From an uncultured Verrucomicrobiae bacterium (lineage in GTDB: Bacteria > Verrucomicrobiota > Verrucomicrobiia > Limisphaerales > JAFGQR01): a DNA stretch of 64,000 nt. Below, in pieces: positions 1 to 7,603 of the stretch. The notes beneath the pieces are model-generated. The model ran no database searches. It had not been told where the DNA came from and saw only the letters and a program-made list of their open reading frames with translations. Numbering within the stretch: the stretch's first letter is position 1; each line of letters begins with the position of its first letter. The stretch spans positions 1 to 64,000 of the forward strand of contig CAWBHS010000100.1 of assembly GCA_963788655.1 (NCBI GenBank), written 5' to 3'. The position numbers were made by a program, and so were the translations under genes.

Positions 1-109
1 ACCACTTAGCGTAATCGCGGGTGGCGCTTCTTTTCGACCAAGGCCCCCTGCTTCAAACTGATCAAACGGAAACTGATTGGCCAATGCTCAGATGAAAAGG
101 AGAACTGTC

Positions 110-1144
110 ATGCCATGCTTTGCCGCCCTGGATGTCTCGCAGGAGACGACGGCCATCTGCGTTGTTGATGACGATGGCACCATTATTGCAGAGACGACGA
201 TTGCGACGTGTCCCGACGGGATCACAAACTTTCTGAAAGACAAAGCACCGAACCTATCACGTGTTGGTCTTGAGACAGGCCCTCTTGCTGTCTGGCTGTG
301 GAACGAGTTGGCGGCACGTCAACTGCCTGTCCTATGTATCGATGCCCGCCACGCCAATGCAGCCTTGAAGATGCGGCCTGTCAAAACGGATCGAAACGAC
401 GCGGCCGGTTTGGCTCAGATCATGCGCGTCGGTTGGTTCAAACAAGTGCGGATCAAGAGCCATGACTGCTATCAGGTCCGTTCGTTGCTTACAGCGCGTG
501 AAACGCTGGTGCGCATCCGGGTAAAGATCGAGAACGAGCTCCGTGGCCTTCTGCGGACATTTGGAGTTCTGTTTGGCAAGCGCGTGGGCGGATTCACGGG
601 GCGCGCCCATGAGATCATTTGTGGTGAATTGGAAGCGTCGCCAGAAATGCGGATTATTGCGGAAACCTTGATGAAGGCCAGAGCGTCCGTATGCGATCAA
701 ATCAAGGTTCTGGACACACGGCTTGCGGCGATCGCCAGAGCGAACCCAACCGCCCAGCTGTTTATGACTGCGCCCGGTGTGGGAATCATTACCGCGCTGT
801 CAGTTGTGTCGGCATTCGATGACGCCTCACGCTTCAAAAGGTCATCAAGTGTCGGCGCATATCTCGGGCTGACGCCAAGACGATACGAATCCGGTGAAAC
901 CAGCAGAAATGGACGCATCTCGAAGCAGGGCGACAAGATGGTGCGAAAGCATCTCTATGAGGCGGCAACAACCTTGCTGACGCGCAACTTGCGATCTTCG
1001 TCCTTAAAGATCTGGGGTATGAAGTTGGCAAAAGTGTCCGGCTTCAAAAAGGCGCGCATTGCGGTTGCCCGAAAACTTGCCGTGGTTCTTCACGCAATGT
1101 GGAAAACCAACACGCCATTCCGCTGGACCCAGTCGGCAGCATGA
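110..1144 (+). CDS. IS110 family transposase/recombinase (DEDD RuvC-like + Tnp20 domain)
   Basis: Motifs ALDVS, GLETG, KTDRNDA (DEDD), APGVG, YLGLTPRRYESG (catalytic Ser) and AVARKLA. An AGGAG RBS at 98-102 precedes the ATG at 110; the ORF track starts at 77. Confidence 0.97.
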   Translation: MPCFAALDVSQETTAICVVDDDGTIIAETTIATCPDGITNFLKDKAPNLSRVGLETGPLAVWLWNELAARQLPVLCIDARHANAALKMRPVKTDRNDAAGLAQIMRVGWFKQVRIKSHDCYQVRSLLTARETLVRIRVKIENELRGLLRTFGVLFGKRVGGFTGRAHEIICGELEASPEMRIIAETLMKARASVCDQIKVLDTRLAAIARANPTAQLFMTAPGVGIITALSVVSAFDDASRFKRSSSVGAYLGLTPRRYESGETSRNGRISKQGDKMVRKHLYEAATTLLTRNLRSSSLKIWGMKLAKVSGFKKARIAVARKLAVVLHAMWKTNTPFRWTQSAA

Positions 1145-1169
1145 TCAGGGATAAATTGCTCGACTAAGC

Positions 1170-1345
1170 CAACGGACGCGTCCCCGCCGGGACGTATGGC
1201 GCGGATCAGACCGTCCCTCTGAATGCACTGCACAATGAAGCAAGTGCGAGGACCACTTAGGTCGATCCGACCATCCGACGCCAACATGCGGCGATCCGTC
1301 GAGATCGACCGCGGAGAGAACCATGAACCCGGCGCACGCCAAGGC
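1170..1345 (+). ncRNA. Candidate bridge RNA / seekRNA of the IS110 element
   Basis: Hairpin 1178-1195. Stem 1202-1212/1260-1269 encloses an internal loop (1213-1223 and 1249-1259) closed by stem 1224-1229/1243-1248. A second stem-loop spans 1279-1334. Loop strands match target and donor sequences. Transcript ends are unknown. Confidence 0.75.
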
Positions 1346-1359
1346 AAAAATCAAACAAC

Positions 1360-1380
1360 TTGACCAATGCGATTAGAGAA
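1360..1380 (+). promoter_or_regulatory. Outward-facing -35 (TTGACC) at IS right end; half of a putative circle-junction promoter
   Basis: TTGACC at 1360-1365. Joining the right end to the left end places CAAACT 18 nt downstream. Confidence 0.5.
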
Positions 1381-1785
1381 CTTCAGTGGGGGCACTTTAC
1401 AACCACTTTAACTATGACCGCAGCTTCTCTAGCAGACCCATCTTCAAGACCAACCGAACCGCCGCCCTTGACGAGTGGCGCAGTCTTTTTCGTCAAAAGC
1501 GGCAGGGGCAATTTCCTAGCTGAGACTGGTTCGAATTCGCCTGACAGCACCTACCGGTGTATTCCGGGCAGAACCAATTCGAGGTTGCGGACGTGCTGGG
1601 AGAGGAATTTTTCCGTTGTGCATAATTTAAAATGTAAATCATGCACAACAGGAAAAGTGGCAGCCCGCAGGGTTGTTGCAGATTCCAGCGATAACAATGG
1701 GGTAGGTTGTCCAACTGACCGGATTGCCTTCATTGAACACAAAGCGGAAATCTCTGCTTTGTCCAACGCGAAAAACCGCTCCAAC

Positions 1786-2170
1786 CTCAGCCAATATATC
1801 GCCCCTGCGCACAAGCGCATGTCGCGAACTCTGGGCTATGCGCTGACCCTCGGCACCTTCGACGGCTGGGCGGATTTTTCCCGCCGGGGTAGCTGCGCGG
1901 CTGTCCGACGCTGAGCGCGCATCGCTGGCCCTCGCTGCCCTGAAATCCCTTGAGCCTGATCAGATCGAGATGGTGGCCATTGCCGCCACTGGCGCAGCTG
2001 GAAGGCCGCTCCCGACACTTCTGCGCGTCATGGACGAGGCCCCGCAATGGGCATCCTACGCCAGCCGATCCGAACGCAAGGCATATGCCCTTGCCGCTCA
2101 TGACGCCATGAGCTTCGAGGATCAGCTCGCATTCTTCCGACAGACCCGCGAAATGGAGATTGCAGCATGA
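1786..2170 (+). pseudogene. Frameshifted hypothetical protein (alphaproteobacterial prophage/ICE-like)
   Basis: The frame HKRMSRTLGYALTLGTFDGWADF continues after a shift near 1885 into ...EPDQIEMVAIAATGAAGRPLP...REMEIAA. Confidence 0.45.
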
Positions 2171-2442
2171 AAATGATGACACATCCAGCCGCCAACAGCT
2201 CTGTCCCTCCCTTCAGCAATACGTGGCCGTGCCCTTCTGGCGGCTCGACTCAGCATATTGCTGGATAAAGCGTAGGAGAAATCAGGGATCTACGGAGTCT
2301 CGCCCTATCCCGACGATTTGGTATCCATCCGTGTAATCCGGGCAATCCGCGGTTCCATCCCGTTTTCTCGGATTTCGCCGGATTTTGCCGCTCGAGATTG
2401 GAACGATTCGGGCTCTTTTCGGCGTCTGGTCGTTCGCTGATC

Positions 2443-4112
2443 CTAACCCGGCGTAGCCGGAACCAAGAGTTTGGGTAAAGTTGGTGCATGAATGCACCGA
2501 TCAAAGCGGGCAGTGATCTCCAATCCAAACTGCTGGACAGACGTTACGCCAAAGATATTGAGGGGACGCTCGGCTGCTACGACCGTCTCATTGTCACTGG
2601 TATGCTCGGTCGATGTGGGGCATCCCGACGCCATGACGGCCAGCAGCTTCGGCATCTGAATATCCGCTGCTTTGGTCTGGTGCGTCTTCGCCGAACCCTT
2701 GGGCGATCAGGTGCGCGATAACGCCATCCTGCTGGCCCGTCAGGCCGGTCTGGAAATCACATTATTCTGGAACGTAAGGGGCTGCGCAAGGAAGCGCGGG
2801 TCGCTGAGATTCTTGAACAGCGCGGACGGCATCCCGGCCTGGTCCACATCTTCTCCGCCATGAGATCGTGCCAATGTTTCAAGCCCTGGCACGACCGGAA
2901 GACCGGGCGCACGGGACTGCAAGCTCACCGGCGGACGGGTGCCTGCACTACTACTTCTATTTTATCGACGAGCAGTTGGGCCTGGGGTTACATGCGCGTG
3001 CCCACCTGGCTGCCCTTCCGGCTGCAAGTCTACTTCAACCAGCACGCCTGGCTGGCCAATCAATTGCGCACGCACGGCGGATCCCCCATGGGCTGGCCGA
3101 CAATACGTTTGTCTCCTGCGGGGATTGGGCGAAGGCCCAGGCGTTGGTTACGAGCTTTCGAGAGATCAAAGTGTTGGGCGGCCCGCCTGCACGCCCTGGC
3201 CGAGGAGTTTTGCCGGTGGTGCAAACAGTTTCGCGGCGGCTACCACTGGAGTCTCATGCAGGTGGAGTATGCGCTGGACGTGGTGTTCAAGCGCGCCGCC
3301 GCTGCCTGCGTCCGGTTTACCAGGAGATCAGCCGGCAGGCCATCTTCACGGTGAAGGCACCGGACACTCGCCCGGTTCCTGAACAAGCGGCTTCGTCCGG
3401 GGAGGCTGAACGGCGCAGGGGAGCGACTTTCATACGCGCGTCGAAGGCACGCGCATCAAACACCAGCTCAACCGGCAGGCGATCAAGATGTATGACAAGG
3501 CCGGACGCGTGCTGCGCCTGGAATGCGTGAGACAACGACGTGAGCTTTCTATCGACACCACCGCAAGGTGGAACATCGGGATGGCAGCAGCGACTATCGG
3601 GTGGCGGACCTAAAGAAATCGATCTTCAGCCTGGGCGATCTGGCCGGGTTGATGCGGGCCGGCTGTGCAAGGTATCTGGAGTTTATCGGAGAGTTGGAAG
3701 ACCGCAGCGGCGGGCCGACCAACTTGGATAAAATCAGCCGGCCAGTGACGGATCGACTGGGAGCGGAGTTGGCGCGGGTTCAACTTTTTCCTCGGGCACG
3801 ATCTGACGGTGCTGCTGGGGATCGTGCGCGGCGAGTATCAAATCAGCGGGATGAGCAACCGGCGGCTGCAAGCGGTGCTGCCAGGAAAGAGCAGCAGACA
3901 ATCGGGCGAATCCTCAAGCGGCTGCGGCTGCACGGATTGATCAAAAAACGGCAAGACCTACAAGTATTACCTGACGGAACTGGGACGGCGCGCGGTGCTG
4001 GTGGGACTCAAACTCAAGGAACACCTGATCGTCCCAGGGTTGGCCAACGCCAGCGCATAAACCCTCAAATATGTTGCGCCTCTTGCACAGGATTTTCCCG
4101 GTAAGGGACTAA
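2443..4112 (+). mobile_element. Degenerate putative transposable element encoding a ~500-aa protein with a C-terminal wHTH (family often labelled MarR-like)
   Basis: Left end CTAACCCGGCGTAGCCGGAACCAAG (CCGGC-GTA-GCCGG hairpin). Right end ...GGGACTAAC is followed by an 11-bp tandem duplication. Coding fragments are spread over all three + frames. Confidence 0.55.
2488..4060 (+). pseudogene. Multiply frameshifted transposase/replication-initiator-like protein
   Basis: Fragments GTLGCYDRLIVTG, CLHYYFYFIDEQLGL, MRVPTWLPFRLQVYFNQHAWLA, WSLMQVEYALDVVFK, IKMYDKAGRVLRLEC (3482-3526), LKKSIFSL, ILKRLRLHGLIKK. Confidence 0.7.
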
Positions 4113-4132
4113 CTACATCCTAACTACATCCT
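4109..4132. repeat. 11-bp tandem duplication CTAACTACATC x2
   Basis: Directly visible at the right boundary of the degenerate element. Confidence 0.9.
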
Positions 4133-4948
4133 CTATAGGCAGCAGTTCGAGTTTTGCGGAGCGCCGATTTGCCGGCTCTTGATAGACGGACACGCAAAGC
4201 CGGCTGCAAGCCAGCGCTCCCCCAAGAGGAGGTGGGAAGTGCAGGCTGAGGCGGTTCGAATGCCAAGGATCCATCGCCGCTGCGGAAAACGGCTCAGACT
4301 CGAGGTAATCCGGCCCAAAGCGCGCAGGTTTACCTGCGGATCAAAGATGGCGCGCACGGGCATTTCGAAGCCAGCGACGGCCAGACTCTTAATGGTTCCA
4401 TCGGCGTATTTGCCCGAGGGTTGGTATTTGCCGTCGCGCAAAGCGTATTGTTCCACCATCATAATGACGGGATCAATGATCCAATACTCGGCCACACCGT
4501 TGGCGGCGTAATCTTCAAACTTGGTCCCGCGGTCGAGCATTTCCGTGGAGGGTGACAGAACCTCGGCGACAAAATCAGGCACCGGAAAGTGGAGTTGGTC
4601 GGGGCGAAATTGGGCCGCCTTTTCCCGGTCAAAAAAACAGACATCCGGTTCGTAATCGTTGCGCGGCAACACCACCAATACGTGTTCGGCCCCAACAAAG
4701 CCAAGCTGACGAATTTCAACGTAAGTGTCCAAAAGTTTGGTCAGTAGTTTGACCGCCATGGTGTGGGCATACGTTGCCGGTGAATGCATAAATACTTCCC
4801 CATTGATAAACTCTGCTTTGGCATCTTCATTCAGCTCGGAATAAAACCGCTCGCGCCGCTGTTGTTCCTCCTTCAAGATCCGTTGTAATTCGTCAACGTA
4901 AGCCGGCAGCCGAGGCGATTTCACCAGTTCATCGAGTGCCATTGTCAT
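4133..4948 (-). CDS. Uma2 family (DUF820) PD-(D/E)XK endonuclease
   Basis: EFINGEVFMHSPA, YEPDV, PDFVAEVLSPST..DRGTKFEDYAANGVAEYWIIDP. The C-terminal ~50 aa is probably an extension. Confidence 0.9.
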   Translation of the reverse strand: MTMALDELVKSPRLPAYVDELQRILKEEQQRRERFYSELNEDAKAEFINGEVFMHSPATYAHTMAVKLLTKLLDTYVEIRQLGFVGAEHVLVVLPRNDYEPDVCFFDREKAAQFRPDQLHFPVPDFVAEVLSPSTEMLDRGTKFEDYAANGVAEYWIIDPVIMMVEQYALRDGKYQPSGKYADGTIKSLAVAGFEMPVRAIFDPQVNLRALGRITSSLSRFPQRRWILGIRTASACTSHLLLGERWLAAGFACPSIKSRQIGAPQNSNCCL

Positions 4949-5147
4949 ACGGCCACAGACTAAGTCCCCCGGTGGCTTCGTCAATCGGCAACTTGCTCGC
5001 GGCATGTTTCAGCACCACCTCGAGAATGCTGGCTTCGCTCAGACACAGATCGTTCGATGGGTCGTTGATCGCGGCGGCTGCGGCTGAAGAAATCATGGTG
5101 GGTTGCTGCGCGAGCCACAGGAACGTGCAGGTGTCGAGCAGACACTT
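4929..5147 (-). pseudogene. vapC: Truncated VapC (PIN) toxin lacking a start codon
   Basis: Hand translation KCLLDTCTFLWLAQQP...LCLSEASILEVVLKHAASKL is a PIN N-terminus. It lies immediately after the antitoxin, and the C-terminal half is absent. Confidence 0.75.
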
Positions 5148-5388
5148 ACATACCCCATTCCTTGAGTTCGTCCGGCGTCATTGGCGCCAAGGCGGCGACC
5201 GGGAATTCAAAGGGTTCGCCCTTGATCTTGCCGACCTTGGGGCGGGAACGGCGCCTGGCCGGGTTGACCGGCGCCAATACGGCAATGGCGGTCTTTCCCC
5301 GAGCGATGGTGAAGCGCTCACCTTTCTCCACCTCGGCCAGGTACCGGGAGAGATGCGTCTTGGCTTCATGCGTGGTGATGGTCTTCAT
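5146..5388 (-). CDS. Phd/YefM family antitoxin
   Basis: MKTITTHEAKTHLSRYLAEVEKGERFTIARGKTAIAVL. Confidence 0.92.
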   Translation of the reverse strand: MKTITTHEAKTHLSRYLAEVEKGERFTIARGKTAIAVLAPVNPARRRSRPKVGKIKGEPFEFPVAALAPMTPDELKEWGM

Positions 5389-5491
5389 CGGAGGCAGGCT
5401 GCCATCCTACTCAAAGTTAGTCAAGTTAGTCCAACCCTCGGCGAGCGGCGGGCACGGATATACGATACCGGATACCGGATACCAAGCGGAC

Positions 5492-5665
5492 TGTAGGGCG
5501 AGACTCTGTCGAGCCCTGACTTCCCCTCATCGCGGCCAAACATCCGAGACATTGACCGCGGCAAGTGGCAGGCGGTTCGAACGTCAAGGACCTCCCAGGT
5601 TTACGCGATATGTGTTGGGAATGCCCGGAGGGGAAATCAACGCTCGACGGAATCTCGCCCTAACC
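5492..5665. repeat. REPIN-like inverted doublet (GTAGGGCGAGACTC..TCGAG family)
   Basis: GTAGGGCGAGACTCTGTCGAG...CTCGACGGAATCTCGCCCTA. The same family occurs at ~2293-2309 and 30080-30250. Confidence 0.8.
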
Positions 5666-5715
5666 TAAGCTCCCGATGATTCGAAATGATCCTGTTGAAT
5701 AGCAATGACTTGCGC

Positions 5716-5747
5716 AGAATTTACTTGCTACGTCGCAAGTAAATTCT
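5716..5747. promoter_or_regulatory. Perfect 13-bp AT-rich inverted repeat (terminator or operator)
   Basis: AGAATTTACTTGC-tacgtc-GCAAGTAAATTCT. Confidence 0.55.
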
Positions 5748-5889
5748 TGCATACTCGCCGCGGCCTGCGACCAACGGTCCTTGTGACAGCCCCCTTAAAC
5801 GCCATCGCCCGTCGTCGCTCACGGAGCAACGCTGGAGGGACTTCGGAATGGAAATGGGGAAGTTGGGCCACTGCCAGTTGAAAATGCTA

Positions 5890-6939
5890 TCACAGCCCGG
5901 ACGGCAGGGGCTGCGGATTTCGAGTCGGGCCGAGCAGTTTGAGGCTGCCATCCGGCTTGATGATCAACCGGTCGAGATTGACGACGCGACGTCCGCCCGG
6001 ATTTTTTGGATCGGCGTGGGTGTGATAGACCATGAACATTTCCTTGCCGTCGGGCGAGGTGATGACGCAATTGTGTCCCGGACCGGAAATACCAAGGGCA
6101 GGATTTTGTGAAACAAGAGGATTGGCGCTGCTTTTCTTCCACGGGCCCAATGGTGATTGCGCGGTGGCATAGCCAATACCGTAGAATGGTTCGGCATAAT
6201 GATTCGCCGAATAGGTAAGGTAGTAGGTGCTGCCGCGCGTGAAGACGAACGCACCCTCGTTGCAACGCGAGCGGCCCGCTTCCGGCAGTTCCCAGGGTTG
6301 ATCGGCTCGTGAACAGAGCACAGGTTTGCCATCGATTCCGGTCAGGTCCGGCTTCAGCTTCACTCCGTAAATTTCGCCGGAGAGGTAGCGCTTCCTGGGC
6401 CGCTCCCACACCCCCACTTTACTGAAAAAGAGGTACGGCGCACCGTCCTTGTCAACAAAGAGATGGCCGTCGATGCATGACCAACCGTTGTCCAGGAGCG
6501 GGGCGCGATAATCGGTAAACGGGCCATCCGGTTGTTCGCTCACGGCCAGACAAATGCGGGCGGAAAATGCCTCGTTCGCCGCCGGTTGACAACTGAACAC
6601 CATGTAATAGCGATTGCCATAGCGGATGACCTCCGGCGCCCAGAAGGTCTTGCCACCCCACGAACCGGGCTGTTTGCGATACCCCAGGCCGTGCTCGGTC
6701 CAATCCGTCAGATTCGTCGTGGACCAGCATTTGAAGCCGTCGTTGACGGCGGTGGTTCCGTAGAGAAAGAACCTCGTGCCAGCCACCAGGACGAACGGAT
6801 CGCCCATGGTAATGGACCCTCCAATTGGATTGCAGTAGGTGGTCCCAACCTCGTCAGCGGCCCGCACCTGGACCAGGCTGAGCAGAGACAGAACGAAGCC
6901 CAGCCATCCGGCCGCGCGCGGTCGATCGAAGATTCTCAT
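5890..6939 (-). CDS. Glycoside hydrolase family 43, secreted
   Basis: Signal peptide; GDPFV, WAPEV, IDGHLF, NEGAFV, GPGHN motifs. Confidence 0.92.
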   Translation of the reverse strand: MRIFDRPRAAGWLGFVLSLLSLVQVRAADEVGTTYCNPIGGSITMGDPFVLVAGTRFFLYGTTAVNDGFKCWSTTNLTDWTEHGLGYRKQPGSWGGKTFWAPEVIRYGNRYYMVFSCQPAANEAFSARICLAVSEQPDGPFTDYRAPLLDNGWSCIDGHLFVDKDGAPYLFFSKVGVWERPRKRYLSGEIYGVKLKPDLTGIDGKPVLCSRADQPWELPEAGRSRCNEGAFVFTRGSTYYLTYSANHYAEPFYGIGYATAQSPLGPWKKSSANPLVSQNPALGISGPGHNCVITSPDGKEMFMVYHTHADPKNPGGRRVVNLDRLIIKPDGSLKLLGPTRNPQPLPSGL

Positions 6940-7039
6940 GTGGGCATCGGCTTCATAAACAATGGCAGCAATGTTCTATCCTGATGCGTCTCACTACAAG
7001 AAGGAAAACTTGGAGCGTGTTTACAAGAACGTAACGAGC

Positions 7040-7182
7040 ACTACAGCGACACTTCCGAAGAACGGAGCGCGGCCTTTAGGCCGCTTCAAGCACCAAGAAC
7101 CTGCCAGCGGCTTATTGAATAGGACGGTGAAGGGCGTAAACGCCGCGCTCCATCCGCGATTTGTGGAAAGTGTCGCTGTAAT
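7040..7182. repeat. ~143-bp MITE/REPIN-like element with terminal inverted repeats
   Basis: ACTACAGCGACACTT...AAGTGTCGCTGTAAT, with internal GCGCGGCCTTTAGGCCGC and GGCGTAAACGCC hairpins. An inverted copy lies at 47108-47251. Confidence 0.8.
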
Positions 7183-7409
7183 GCGAGGCGAATTCGCCAG
7201 CGCCAAGTCGTCAAAGAGTCCACCTCCTCACGTCGGTGTAATAACAAGGTGCGCCTCTGTTCGTCGTCGTCGGGGTTTGGACAACGAGGTGAAAGATTGG
7301 GCGTAAGATAAGGAATTGCCTTTTGGTGCTCCGCGGTTGAGCTACTCCATGGGCGGCAATTGCTGTGTCAGTGTGACCATGTTGCCAGTCGTTACAACCA
7401 CCGGAAAAA

Positions 7410-7435
7410 ATGAGCCGACTCACGTCGGCTGCTAC
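7410..7435 (-). repeat. GTAG-type REP (GTAGCAGCCGACGTGAGTCGGCTCAT)
   Basis: Related copies at ~7216-7242 and a doublet at 34463-34546. Confidence 0.75.
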
Positions 7436-7603
7436 ATTGGCTGCGCAGAGACAGAACGAGGCCAAGCCACCCGGCCGCGCGTGGTTGCTCGAAAACTCTC
7501 ATGTCTGCAATCCGCTTACACCCCCGGCCAAAGCCATGGCTGCCGGCGTGAATGCTTGCGCTACGATGTCCACGACCAACCACCATTTGGCAGATTTCAC
7601 TGT

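Larger units (their letters stand above)
51..1385 (+). mobile_element. IS110-family (IS1111-type, downstream non-coding region) insertion sequence
   Basis: CTTCA occurs at both boundaries (51-55 and 1381-1385). The left end is short (~55 nt), followed by the recombinase ORF and a ~235-nt structured non-coding region. Removing the element restores the palindrome GGCCCCCTG-CTTCA-GTGGGGGC. Confidence 0.85.

Noticed and set aside
1..9. ACCACTTAG identical to 1252-1260
   Set aside because: A 9-mer at the window edge with no extended similarity. It cannot be distinguished from chance or interpreted without upstream sequence.
76..84. Canonical IS1111 sub-terminal inverted repeat (ATTGGCCAA vs TTGACCAAT at 1360-1368)
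   Set aside because: Only 8/9 and ~20 nt inside the left end; too weak to call.
5455..5484. GATACCG short tandem repeat as a functional site
   Set aside because: Only three to four degenerate units and no supporting context.
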